A DNA stretch of 63,070 nt, the filler included, from Chthonomonadaceae bacterium (GTDB lineage: Bacteria; Armatimonadota; Chthonomonadetes; Chthonomonadales; Chthonomonadaceae): assembly GCA_035650735.1 (NCBI GenBank). It is 3 parts of 3 records of this genome, joined end to end, with 100 filler letters (N's around TTAATTAATTAA, not from the genome) between each part and the next. Parts side by side here need not be neighbours in the genome. Positions count along the whole stretch, not along the records: positions 1 to 29,451 come from DASRGZ010000105.1; positions 29,552 to 60,221 come from DASRGZ010000107.1; 1 more part is not named here. The stretch is one strand, 5' to 3'. Both the position numbers and the translations under genes were made by a program. The notes beneath the pieces are model-generated. The model was given only the letters and a program-made list of their open reading frames with translations, was not told the DNA's origin and did not search any database. This document shows positions 25,058 through 34,473 of this stretch, one piece after another (position 1 is the first letter of the stretch; the number at the start of each line of letters is the position of its first letter).

Positions 25058-25744
25058 TTATTGGCGAGCGGCTCTGTAATCCGCATAGCTGACCAGGCGC
25101 AGGCCCAGTTCCTCAATGGTCTGTCGGATGCGCGGGTCGGTTAGCGTGCGCACTTCCGCTTCGCGCTCCTCCAGGTAGACGGCGGTATAGTCCGGCGAGC
25201 GGTAGCCGGGATGGCAGGAGAACTCTGTCCAGCCTTCGGGAACCTCCTCGCGGAGCATTCTTTGCAGGAAAGGCACGCTGACATACTCCAGGTTGGTGAC
25301 CATCCATTCCCATTGGGCGTAGAAGCCGCCGACAAAGCCCACGCGGCCATCCTCGCGCAAGGGCACGCCCAACGGCTCTACCAGTTCCCGAAAGAGGGGC
25401 ATCACCTTCTTTTCGCGGTGCGCGTGGCGGTGGGAGTCGATGTGGGTCGGCATACGGCCCATCATCTCGCAAAAGAGCCCTAGCTGTCGGTGAAACTCGG
25501 CGCGGACGGCGGGCAGATCTTCGATGTCGAACTCCCGCTCGTCCTCGCCCCAGACGTCCCAGTGCAGCCCGACAGACAGCCCGGGATGATCGCGGCTCAT
25601 CGCGACCGCCTCGCGCGCGGCGCGGCCCGTAACCATCAGGCTGGCGCTGGTGACGACGCCGCGTGTATGGCACTCCAGGATGCCGCGATTGACCCCCGTT
25701 GACGCTCCGAAGTCGTCGGCGTTGAAAATGAGAAATCTCTTCAT
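25058..25744 (-). CDS. ChbG/HpnK (YdjC) family carbohydrate deacetylase
   Basis: NADDFG, GVVTSASLM, VGLH, PTHIDSHRH, CHPG. Confidence 0.92.
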   Translation of the reverse strand: MKRFLIFNADDFGASTGVNRGILECHTRGVVTSASLMVTGRAAREAVAMSRDHPGLSVGLHWDVWGEDEREFDIEDLPAVRAEFHRQLGLFCEMMGRMPTHIDSHRHAHREKKVMPLFRELVEPLGVPLREDGRVGFVGGFYAQWEWMVTNLEYVSVPFLQRMLREEVPEGWTEFSCHPGYRSPDYTAVYLEEREAEVRTLTDPRIRQTIEELGLRLVSYADYRAARQ

Positions 25745-25825
25745 AGCGCTGCCCCCTACCCTCCATCGCTATCAGGATTATTCCGTTTTTGGTAGCGGGC
25801 GAATAAATTCGCGGCAGCAAAGGCA

Positions 25826-25905
25826 CAAAGTCGCCCTTCGGCGACTAAACCCGAACCCGCGCAGGCGGGTTTCGTGCCTTAGTTGCTGGAGCTTGAGCCG
25901 CCCGA
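25826..25905. repeat. REP-like hairpin cluster between genes
   Basis: AGTCGCC-CTTC-GGCGACT and AACCCGC-GCAG-GCGGGTT hairpins. Confidence 0.45.
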
Positions 25906-25919
25906 ACAGAAAACGCTTG

Positions 25920-27095
25920 CTATATCAGCCCCAAGTCCGTTAGCAGACGGGCCGCCACCTTGCGCGCCTCCAGATACTCCTCCGCAATCGCCCGCGCGGC
26001 CTTGCAGTGCCGCCGATAGTCGGCGTTGATGGCCTCGACGGCAGCCAGCGCCTCCTCCGTTCGCGTGAAGCTAAAGAGACCCTCCCCGGTGGGCAAAACC
26101 TTGCTGAAGCCGGTCTCCTGCGCGATAACCGGCTTGCCGCAGGCCAGATAGCAGGCGTCCCGCTCGCTAAACCATCCGCTGCGCAGGCGCACGTTCTGGT
26201 CTTTGGCGACCGTCAACTCGGCGCGCGACCGGCGAATGTAGTCGGGATACGCGCCAAAGACATCCAGCGACATCTGCAAGGGAGAGACCAAACGCCAGCC
26301 GTGCGATTGCAGGCGCTCTCTATCCGCCGGAGCGTCCACGTTCATCGCCAGCTCAAAGGGCTGCTCTGTCCGCAGGGGAAGGTCTATAAACTTTTCCCAT
26401 TCGTGGTGCTTGCTCCAGGAATAGACCTCGCCCCGGTACTCCACGTCGTTGCCCTCCTGGCGATAGTTGCCGATGGTGGTGAAGAAGCGGGCTTCGGGCG
26501 TGTAGACCATCGGCCACTGTTCTAAATCCACGGGCTGGCGCGTCTTGCCGTAGCGGATGCCGTTCAAGGGCACGCCGCAGTCGGATTCGCCATAGTTCTC
26601 GCCATAGGTGAAGATGGCATGGTGGTTGGCGAAGGCCGTCCGCGTATGCGCGTCGCCGTTCGCCATCTGGAGCTCTGCCGTCACGGGGTCGCATTCGACA
26701 TAGACCCGCAGCGGCGCGGCCAGATGCTCCTCGCGCAGGTCGGTAGCGCCCACCACGTTGAGCAGCGCGTCGCAGGAACGATACAGCTCCTCCAGCGCCG
26801 TCGGCGACAGGCCCCAACAGGCATCCGCGCGATCCGCCAGCCGAAAGGCCCATTGCCCCGGCAGCTCGACACGCTCCATGCACCCTGCGATATGCCGCAC
26901 GGCGTAGCGGCAATCGTCGGTGATGGTGTTCTGCTCCGGGTCATACGGCCAGACGGTATCATCCTCGACGTACCAGACCTCATGGCCTGTCCTGGCTAGC
27001 CCGCACAGCCAGTTCAGGTAGAGCCAGGTCTGTCCGCCAAAGGGACACCGCCCCATCATGCCCAGCACAACAAGGCGCAGCTTAGAACGTGTCAT
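25920..27095 (-). CDS. Glycosyltransferase-like protein (GT-B/CgeB-like C-terminus)
   Basis: GGQTWLYLNW..GHEVWYVED, YIRRSRAELTVAK..SGWFSERDACYLACGKPVIAQETG. Confidence 0.7.
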   Translation of the reverse strand: MTRSKLRLVVLGMMGRCPFGGQTWLYLNWLCGLARTGHEVWYVEDDTVWPYDPEQNTITDDCRYAVRHIAGCMERVELPGQWAFRLADRADACWGLSPTALEELYRSCDALLNVVGATDLREEHLAAPLRVYVECDPVTAELQMANGDAHTRTAFANHHAIFTYGENYGESDCGVPLNGIRYGKTRQPVDLEQWPMVYTPEARFFTTIGNYRQEGNDVEYRGEVYSWSKHHEWEKFIDLPLRTEQPFELAMNVDAPADRERLQSHGWRLVSPLQMSLDVFGAYPDYIRRSRAELTVAKDQNVRLRSGWFSERDACYLACGKPVIAQETGFSKVLPTGEGLFSFTRTEEALAAVEAINADYRRHCKAARAIAEEYLEARKVAARLLTDLGLI

Positions 27096-28128
27096 ATTGG
27101 GTGTTCTCGATGGCCCCGGTATGGCGCATCCTATTAAAGGCCTCGTCACTCACAAAAACGTCCTCGATCACCCGGTAAAACCGGACTTCCCGGATAGTAG
27201 GTCGCCGGATCGCTTCCCGCAAAACGAAGTGCCGGATGCACATCTCCGGCTCGTTGTAGCCATAATAGGCGCGGGCCGAGGTCGTACTGGAGAAGCGCGG
27301 ATTGACCTCGAAGATCACCGGGCCGCGCTCGGTAAGGCGAAGCTGGACGTTACACGGCCCGATACAACCGCTTCCAGCCAGAACCCGCTCGCAGTATTCT
27401 CCGAACGGCGAGTCAGGAAGAGTCTCCGCGCGCCAGGTCATTCCCAGGCCAAGCTGCCGCTTCATGACGATGCTGGCGGCGGGGCGGCTGTCCGCCTCCA
27501 AAAACACGCCGACGGTATACTCCTGGTCGTCAGGATGCAGGTACTCCTGCACCAGCGGATTAGGGATCGTTTCGATCAGATAGTCAAGCTGCTTACGATT
27601 GCGCGCTATCCCCAGCCCCTGCGATCCCGCGCCCAGCCTGTCCTTGACCACATAGGGAAAGGGAATCTGAGCCAGGAACGCCTCCCAGGCGCTCCGATCC
27701 GAGGGCAGCGCGGATCGCGGGAAGTCGAAGCCCGCCCGCCCCAAATAGCGGGTCAGCTCCCACTTATCTTCCATCCTTTGCAGCGCTTCCGGAGGGGAGG
27801 TCACCACCGTCGCGCCCGTCTCGGCCAGGATCTGATGGCGGTGCCGGGCCAGCACCCGCATCTCGGCCATGTTGCCTACCAGAATGAGGCCGATCCGCTC
27901 GCGCTTGCAGAGGGCAAGCAGTTGTGGCAGATATTGGGGGTCCGACGCCCCCGGAACCACATAGCCGGCATCAAACTGGTAGAGTCCCGCGCCTTCCGGG
28001 CTGTAATTGCAGCCGACAACTCGCACATCCAGGCACGACCGCCGCAGCGCATTCCAGATGAAATGCGCCTGATTTCCTGCCGCGCCGGTAATCAAAACGT
28101 GAATGGCCAACCCATTGCCTTTCGTCAA
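27082..28128 (-). CDS. ATP-grasp domain protein (carbamoyl-phosphate-synthase-like)
   Basis: VLITGAAG, DKW, FPYVVKDRLGAGSQG, LVQEYL..EYTV, NVQ..FEVNPRFS. Confidence 0.85.
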   Translation of the reverse strand: MTKGNGLAIHVLITGAAGNQAHFIWNALRRSCLDVRVVGCNYSPEGAGLYQFDAGYVVPGASDPQYLPQLLALCKRERIGLILVGNMAEMRVLARHRHQILAETGATVVTSPPEALQRMEDKWELTRYLGRAGFDFPRSALPSDRSAWEAFLAQIPFPYVVKDRLGAGSQGLGIARNRKQLDYLIETIPNPLVQEYLHPDDQEYTVGVFLEADSRPAASIVMKRQLGLGMTWRAETLPDSPFGEYCERVLAGSGCIGPCNVQLRLTERGPVIFEVNPRFSSTTSARAYYGYNEPEMCIRHFVLREAIRRPTIREVRFYRVIEDVFVSDEAFNRMRHTGAIENTQYDTF

Positions 28129-28196
28129 CTACTCCAGGTCTAAAAACTAGGACTTGCGCCCCTGGCGCAACCAGGTTACGAGGATAGCGTCCCACG

Positions 28197-29135
28197 TCAC
28201 CGTGATTCAGGCTCGTTTCGGCCAAACTCTCCCAGGCGGTACGCGGGGAAGTAGTCGGTCGCGGGAACGCCCATGGCGCGCACGATCTCTGCATAGCGGC
28301 GCGGCGAGAAGATGCGCCCGCAGAGATAGGCGGTGCGGGTTCCCGTAGCCCAGCCCTGCTTGAACCGGCTCAGCCCATCGTCGCCCGCATTCTGAACGCC
28401 GGCCCCTGCGCCCAGATCGAGCCACCGCAGGCCGCTCTCCCGAAAATAGTCAATGGCGAATCGAAACAGCGCAAAGGAGGCGTGCCGCAAATACCCCTCC
28501 TCGCTGTACGCGCCCAGATGATAGTAGCCGACCTCCTGTTGCTGGTACCAGAGCAGCATACCGACGTTCGTCTCATTCCAAACGGCCCGAAAAGCGACGA
28601 TGCCGGGAACCTGGAGTTGCCTAGCGAAGGCGCACCGGGAAAACGCCGGGATGCCTCGAATAGAGTGCCTCGCTATCAAAACCGCATAGAGGCGCGTCCA
28701 GTCGTCGAGCCACTGCGCAGGCTCCTGAGAGCATTCCACGCGAAGCTCGCGCAGCGCCTTGCGCGCATACCGGCGATGATGGGCGGAGAGGGACGTCTCC
28801 GCGAATCGGTCCAGATCGAGAACGAAATGCTCCTTGAAAGCCGCCATGCGATCCGGGAAGCAGCAGCGCAGCAGGGCCGCATCCGGCGGGCCGAACGGAT
28901 CGGCTACTAGAGACAGGCTCACCAGCTCCTCGCCGACCTCTTCCAGGTCGGCGGCAAGCTGCGACCAGTCCGCGCAGGCAAACAGCGGATAGCTCCCCAT
29001 CGCATCGCGGTATTCGCAATGCGGGATCGGGCGCTTCAGAATCCATCCGCCGCTGCGAGGCAGGTAGCGCGGAGTGCCGAACTCCGAGAGCGAGTCGGCA
29101 TAGGCGTGATGCTGATATCCGGTCACAAGATGCAT
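28197..29135 (-). CDS. GNAT family (FemAB-like) acyltransferase
   Basis: GYYHLGAYSEEGY..ASFALF, LDLGAGAG..GLSRFKQGW. The ORF-track extension to 29264 is repeat DNA. Confidence 0.8.
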   Translation of the reverse strand: MHLVTGYQHHAYADSLSEFGTPRYLPRSGGWILKRPIPHCEYRDAMGSYPLFACADWSQLAADLEEVGEELVSLSLVADPFGPPDAALLRCCFPDRMAAFKEHFVLDLDRFAETSLSAHHRRYARKALRELRVECSQEPAQWLDDWTRLYAVLIARHSIRGIPAFSRCAFARQLQVPGIVAFRAVWNETNVGMLLWYQQQEVGYYHLGAYSEEGYLRHASFALFRFAIDYFRESGLRWLDLGAGAGVQNAGDDGLSRFKQGWATGTRTAYLCGRIFSPRRYAEIVRAMGVPATDYFPAYRLGEFGRNEPESR

Positions 29136-29185
29136 TTTGCGTATCCACTTCAAGCCGCTAAGTTTCGGGTCCTGCCTGGCTTTGC

Positions 29186-29451
29186 CGGCAGGCTGAACCC
29201 TGCCGCTGTGGGGCGCTGCCAGGGGCGGCGCTGCGCTCGCTCGACTGCCAGGGACGCCGCTCAACGGTTCGCGGCTCTGCCTGGCGATCTCCGCCTAGCC
29301 AGGCCCGCCGACTGCCAGGGTCGGCAGGGTTACGGCCTCTGCCTCCGCCTTGCGACATCAACATCAAGGTGGAAGGATTGCGAATACTGGCCGTCGGCAG
29401 GGTTAGGGCCCCTGCCTCCGCCTTGCCACAGCCCTCCGCCTGGCGACACCT
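29186..29451. repeat. Mosaic palindromic repeat element (copy D), ending at the contig break
   Basis: CGGCAGGCTGAACCCTGCCGCTGTGGGGC at 29186-29214, plus ACTGCCAGGG modules shared with copy B. Confidence 0.8.
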
Positions 29452-29551
29452 NNNNNNNNNNNNNNNNNNNNNNNNNNNNNNNNNNNNNNNNNNNNTTAAT
29501 TAATTAANNNNNNNNNNNNNNNNNNNNNNNNNNNNNNNNNNNNNNNNNNNN
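29452..29551. other. Artificial contig linker / assembly gap
   Basis: N-run, TTAATTAATTAA (stops in all frames), N-run; 100 bp. Confidence 0.98.
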
Positions 29552-29945
29552 ATAAAAACCCAACCCCCCAGCCCCTACCACCCTCACCCCCATCCCCCGC
29601 CCTTCTTGACCTAACCCCCCGGCCCCCTTCCCTACAAGGGAAGGGGTGACCCGGCTCGTGATGGTTCAGGCCCTCACCTCGAACAGACCTCACCCCCGGC
29701 CCCTCTCCTTCTAAAGGAAAGGGGAGAGGAGAAGCCAGGGTTTGCCTCTGCCTGCAAAGGTATCGCAAGGCGGAGGGGTGTGGCAAGGCAGAGCCGTGTC
29801 GCAAGGCGGAGGCAAGGGCCGTAACCTTGCCGACCCTGGCAGTGGCCCAACCATTGCAGGGCCGACCCTAGCAGTCAGCATGACCTCTGCCTGCGTAGGC
29901 AGGCAGAGGGCCATAGGCCCCATAGCGGCAGGGTTTAGCCTGCCG
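29552..29945. repeat. Mosaic palindromic repeat element (copy E), starting at the contig break
   Basis: GGCGGAGGCAAGGGCCGTAACCTTGCCGACCCTGGCAGTGGCCC is shared with copy A. Terminal arm GCCCCATAGCGGCAGGGTTTAGCCTGCCG at 29917-29945. Confidence 0.8.
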
Positions 29946-29969
29946 CTATAGGGGGGTTAGGAAAAGCCC

Positions 29970-32564
29970 TTACCGACCGCCCCGTCCCCGGTTGTATGGG
30001 CTGGCGCTTTGACTACCGGAACCGGAATTCCCGGAGGAGTCCCGACCACGACCTGAATAGGCCGGAGGCGCTTCCCGGCGAGGCATCTCCATGCGCGGAG
30101 GCGGCGCACGGTAGACATCCACGCGGCGCGAGGGACCCGGCATGCGCGGCGTGTAGGTGGGCATCCGGTCGTATTGACGCGGCGCCTCTGTCGAGCGTGA
30201 CGGGCTGTAACGCGGCGTATAAGCGTTCGGAGACTCCCCACGCGGCGACTGGTTCCACGAAGGCGGGGAATAGGTTCGAACGCGCGGCTCGCGCGCCCCC
30301 GACAGCCGATCCGGACGTGAACGATCGTAAGCCAGCCCGGAACGATCCGGTACGTACGGGGCCTGCGACTGGAAGCGCGGACGCTCCCACGTGCGCCGGC
30401 TGCCGCCCCCGGTTTCCAGGCTGCGCCGCGCCTGTGCGGCTTCCTCCGCCGCGCTCGGCAGTTCTGGCCGTGTTCGCCTTCCACCCCAAACCATGCCGGG
30501 CCGCTCTGACGTGCGGCTTTCGAAAGGCTGCCGCGTGGAGGCCGGCGGATAGGAGCCTTCCGGCAGCCGACGATCCCGCAGGGAGCCACCGCCCAGGCCC
30601 AAACTCTGCCGTGCACGCCGCGCCGCCAACGCCGCTGCGGAGGGCAAGCGTTCCCTCTCCGCGCGCGGCAGATTCATATCCGTCGAACCGAGCGGTATCC
30701 GGCGCAGGCGGTTATCGCGCGCCACCGCTGAGGGCGTCTCTCGTCCCGACGGCGGGAAGCCCTCTCGCCGGCGCGCCCACGGGGAATCCTGGCCGGGCGT
30801 GGTCGGAATACGCCCGCGCATCAGGCCGGAAGGACGCCGCCCGGCGCTATCCGGCGTCTGCGCGCGCAGGCTTCCGGGGACGCGCACGCGCGAGGCGAAC
30901 GGCCTGGGAAGCGTGCGCGGCGAGGCCACAACGGGCAAGGGCGCGCTGACCCGCGCAATGGCCGGTTTCAGCGGGGCGCGAAACACGGGCCGCATCAGCA
31001 TCGTCTGCGGTGGCCTGCGGTCGTGGACAAAGGCGCGGGTCGGCGTCATCGCCAGCGGCGTCGGCCTCACCATCGGTGGCCCGGCCAGCGGCAAGCCGCG
31101 CTGCGGTGCGGTAAAGGCGCGTCCCCGCGCAAAGATGGAGACCGCGCTGCCCGCTACCGTCCGGTAGGCGCCGCGCCCGCCAAAAGCGCGGAATTCGGCC
31201 ATCATCGCGCCGTCTCTGGCATTGAACGGAATCACCCGGGGATAACGATGCGTCGCCAGGTAGTTGGCGATGAGCGTCGTCTCGTTGTAGCGGGCGGGAG
31301 CGCAGTTGACATAGTGGGAATGCCACGGGCGCGGCGTCCAGTAGACGGCGCTGGCGGAATAGTAGGTTGGATAGTAGACGGCGGCCTGCGCAATCGAGAA
31401 GTAGAACGCCCAGCGGTTGCCACGAAAACCGAAGCTGACGAACGAGGTGGGATAGCGTACCTCTCTCGGCGCCAACGGCACCCAGGCCACTGCGCCGTTA
31501 TATTCGCAGAAGTCCACCACCGCCGGGCTCCAGCACTGCGTGACCGGACCGGGCACCCACGCCCAGCCATAAGGGCGATAGATCCAGGTGCCGTAGTGGT
31601 AGGGCACCCATCCCCAGGGCTCGTCGGAGACCCAGGTCCAGCCAAACGGGCTTACCCACGTCCAGTGGCCGTAGCAGTAGGGCCGCCAGTGGGCGACCGT
31701 GACGCGCGGGCACCAGACATGGCCGTATTCCGCATCGTCGCGCCAAGCCCCGTAAGCGTCGAGATCATCGGCCACCAGGGCCATATTGGCAGGCAGATAG
31801 CGCTCTGTCGAACTCGCCTCCGCCTCTTCCAGACGGCGGTCAAGCTCCTCATTCCATTCGTCAAAGCGATCCGGGCGCGGCAGGTCGCGGGGCTCATAGG
31901 CCGAATTCTCATCCCGCAGGTCCAGGTAGTCGCCCCGGCGCAGGTCCACCTTGCCCTGGTTGCCCTCCACCGTCGCGCGTCCCTCCTGCACGGCTACTTC
32001 CACGCCATCACCCGCGCCGATGCGGATTTTGGCCGGCCCCACCGCCTTCACGGAGACCAGCGGCGTGTTGACCTGATAGATGGAGCGGTCGTGCTTGAGG
32101 CGCAGAGCGATCGGGCCGTCCTTGAGCGTGATTTCGGTGAACTCGCCTTCCGCGTCGCTATAGAGGGTCTGTAGAGTGACGAGCGCGCCGCTGCCCAGGC
32201 GCAGGCGGCTGCCGTCGTCGAACTGGATCTCGGCGCGGCCCCCTTCCGAGACCCAGAGCTCGGCACCCTGACGCAGGGGCAGGTTACGCGTCGCCGCCGA
32301 CCACTCCGAATGCGAGTCGACGCGCCAGGTCACATCGCCCTGGACATAGGAGAAGCGCGCCATGCGTACCGGGCCGTCCTGCTGCGCCTGGTCTCCAATG
32401 CGGCTTGTAACGTCATTCTCCGCACGCGCAGGGGAGGGAAGGTTCGTATCCTCCTCGTCCTGTGCCCGCGCGGGCGGCCCCAGGATCAGGCAGACGCAGG
32501 CCAGGAACAGCGCCAGGGGAAAGAAGATTAGGAAGTGTCGTCGTACACCTTCCATTTGGGTCAT
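29970..32564 (-). CDS. FecR-like plus DUF6600-like secreted protein with a long Arg/Pro/Ser-rich disordered tail
   Basis: Signal peptide, RFSYVQGDV..GRAEIQFDDGSRLRL, LDAYGAW..YGHVWCP..WRPY..GWTWVSDEPWGWVPYHYGTW..WVPLAPRE. Confidence 0.8.
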   Translation of the reverse strand: MTQMEGVRRHFLIFFPLALFLACVCLILGPPARAQDEEDTNLPSPARAENDVTSRIGDQAQQDGPVRMARFSYVQGDVTWRVDSHSEWSAATRNLPLRQGAELWVSEGGRAEIQFDDGSRLRLGSGALVTLQTLYSDAEGEFTEITLKDGPIALRLKHDRSIYQVNTPLVSVKAVGPAKIRIGAGDGVEVAVQEGRATVEGNQGKVDLRRGDYLDLRDENSAYEPRDLPRPDRFDEWNEELDRRLEEAEASSTERYLPANMALVADDLDAYGAWRDDAEYGHVWCPRVTVAHWRPYCYGHWTWVSPFGWTWVSDEPWGWVPYHYGTWIYRPYGWAWVPGPVTQCWSPAVVDFCEYNGAVAWVPLAPREVRYPTSFVSFGFRGNRWAFYFSIAQAAVYYPTYYSASAVYWTPRPWHSHYVNCAPARYNETTLIANYLATHRYPRVIPFNARDGAMMAEFRAFGGRGAYRTVAGSAVSIFARGRAFTAPQRGLPLAGPPMVRPTPLAMTPTRAFVHDRRPPQTMLMRPVFRAPLKPAIARVSAPLPVVASPRTLPRPFASRVRVPGSLRAQTPDSAGRRPSGLMRGRIPTTPGQDSPWARRREGFPPSGRETPSAVARDNRLRRIPLGSTDMNLPRAERERLPSAAALAARRARQSLGLGGGSLRDRRLPEGSYPPASTRQPFESRTSERPGMVWGGRRTRPELPSAAEEAAQARRSLETGGGSRRTWERPRFQSQAPYVPDRSGLAYDRSRPDRLSGAREPRVRTYSPPSWNQSPRGESPNAYTPRYSPSRSTEAPRQYDRMPTYTPRMPGPSRRVDVYRAPPPRMEMPRREAPPAYSGRGRDSSGNSGSGSQSASPYNRGRGGR

Positions 32565-32800
32565 TTAGGTCCTCCGCAAGTCCGGCGGGGATTAGGCGCT
32601 GAGGGGCAGCCGGCACTTGCAACAGCTCTGAATCCCCTATACGCAGATCGGCGGATTTCGTGACTGCGCGCATTTTTATAGCGTGCAATTCCCCGTGCCC
32701 TGTCCTACCATAGGGCCGCTTCCTGGCTTCCGAAGAGGGTAGCGCAGAGCCGTTCTTACAGCTTTATTCTGTTCTATACTACGAGATGAAAGAGGCAGAT

Positions 32801-33811
32801 TCATTCCTCAGCGGCCCGGGGATGGGCCTGCTCGTAGACTTCCCGCATATGCTCAGGAGTGACGTGGGCATAGATCTGCGTGGTGACTAGGTGGGCATGA
32901 CCGAGAAGCTCCTGCACGGCGCGCAGGTCGGCTCCGTTGGCAAGCAGATGTGTGGCAAAGGAGTGGCGCAGGGTATGCGGGGTCGTCTTGAGGCGTTCGG
33001 AGGCAAGCTGAAAATACTTATCGAAGGTACGGCGAATGCCCCGGTCGGAGAGGCGCCGGCCGAACTTGTTGAGAAAGACGGCGGGGTCGGGCGTGCCCTC
33101 GTTGCGGGCGGCCAGATCCGGGCGTCCGTAGCGCAGGTAGGCGCGCATTGCCTCCACCGCCGCACGGCCCATCATGGCGACGCGCTCTTTATCGCCCTTG
33201 CCGTGCCGGACGCGCAGCTCTTCCTCGTCCAGGTCCAGATCCTCCAGATTGAGGGCGTGGGCCTCTCCGGCCCGGATGCCGGAGGCGTAGAGCAACTCCA
33301 TCAGCGCCCGGTCGCGCAGGCCGTCGGGCGAATTCAGGTCCGGGGCGCTCAGCAGGGCCTCGACTTCGGGCAGGCGCAGGAATTTGGGCAGCCGCTCGTC
33401 TTGCTTGATGGTTACCAGGCCGATGGTCGGGTCGGCAGCCAGATAGCCTTGCCGCAGGGCCCAGCGGCAGAAGGCGCGCAGCGACGCCAGTTTGCGGGCC
33501 AGCGAGGCGCGAGAATAGCCGCCCTGCTGCAAGTCGGCGAGGAAGGCACGCGCGTGCGTGCGCTCCACACGGTAGAGCGCGCCCGGCCCCAGTTCCGGAT
33601 GCGTCTCCACAAAGCCGAGAAACTGCACGATGTCGGCCCGGTAGCTGCGCACGGTATGCGCCGCCGCGTTTTTAGCCAGCCTGAGAAATTGCAGAAAGCC
33701 GCGCAGGACATCGTTCAGGGCCGGACTCAGGTCAGGCTCCGTCGGCGGCCCCGGCGCGACCGCAGTCAGTTCCTCCTCCGCTTCCCATGCGAGCGCATCT
33801 TCCTGATCCAC
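32801..33811 (-). CDS. xerC: Tyrosine recombinase XerC
   Basis: Complete catalytic set: LYASGIR, GKGDKER, HTLRHSFATH, LLGH, TTQIY. GTG 33811 with GGAGG. Confidence 0.85.
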   Translation of the reverse strand: MDQEDALAWEAEEELTAVAPGPPTEPDLSPALNDVLRGFLQFLRLAKNAAAHTVRSYRADIVQFLGFVETHPELGPGALYRVERTHARAFLADLQQGGYSRASLARKLASLRAFCRWALRQGYLAADPTIGLVTIKQDERLPKFLRLPEVEALLSAPDLNSPDGLRDRALMELLYASGIRAGEAHALNLEDLDLDEEELRVRHGKGDKERVAMMGRAAVEAMRAYLRYGRPDLAARNEGTPDPAVFLNKFGRRLSDRGIRRTFDKYFQLASERLKTTPHTLRHSFATHLLANGADLRAVQELLGHAHLVTTQIYAHVTPEHMREVYEQAHPRAAEE

Positions 33812-33921
33812 TCTGCCTACCTCCCTTTCGGCTTCGCTCTTCCGGTTTCCCCTTGCGCTATCCAAAACAAAATCACCTACCGCATCCGGGGCAACTTGCC
33901 GGCAGCGCGCTGGCCTTTTCC

Positions 33922-34395
33922 CTACTTTCCGTTGCGCTGGCGGCTCTGCAGATAGGCTTCCTCCGCCGCATCGTAGTCCGCCGCCGTGGGGCGGCGCGGT
34001 CCTGCGTCGGCCCGGCTGCTGGTAGGAGTAGCCACCGGCGCGGCAGCAGCGGCTCGGGCGCCAGGTGTCTTCAGGTCGCTGAGATTGACCAGTACGGTAT
34101 AGCGCAGGCGAAAATCCCGTTCCTTCTCGCTCAGGCGGTTGCGCTCTGCTTCCGAGAGGCCATCCAGCCACTTGCGCTTCATCTGCTCCTGTGTATCGTG
34201 ATGCCGCTGCGCAACCGGGTCCGCCAGGCTCTCCGTCTCGATCTCTACCGCGGCCTCTCCCGTCGGGTAGACCTTCTGAATCGTTCCGATCAGCCCGCGA
34301 AAATGCGGGTAAAACAGGCCGGATTTGGTATCCTCGGCGGTTGCCTCCCGGTCCATGATCTGTACGCGATCGCCTTCCTTGAACTTGGTTGCCAT
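33922..34395 (-). CDS. Hypothetical protein with an SH3/KOW-like N-terminus
   Basis: GGAGG RBS, FKEGDRVQI..GLIGTIQKVY; 157 aa. Confidence 0.7.
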   Translation of the reverse strand: MATKFKEGDRVQIMDREATAEDTKSGLFYPHFRGLIGTIQKVYPTGEAAVEIETESLADPVAQRHHDTQEQMKRKWLDGLSEAERNRLSEKERDFRLRYTVLVNLSDLKTPGARAAAAAPVATPTSSRADAGPRRPTAADYDAAEEAYLQSRQRNGK

Positions 34396-34473
34396 GCACC
34401 CTCCTTCGCATAATCCTGCTGCTCTCTGTATTCTCCCTGCATGGCAGCTTCTCCTGCCGGAAGAGCGCCTGTC

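Noticed and set aside
29452..29551. TTAATTAATTAA palindrome within N-runs (also at 60222-60321)
   Set aside because: Artificial contig linker. Adjacency across it, including repeat copies D and E forming one element, cannot be assumed.
20690..33811. radC and xerC as markers of a mobile element
   Set aside because: Both are full-length housekeeping-type genes in core-gene context, lie on different contigs, and have no att sites or transfer genes
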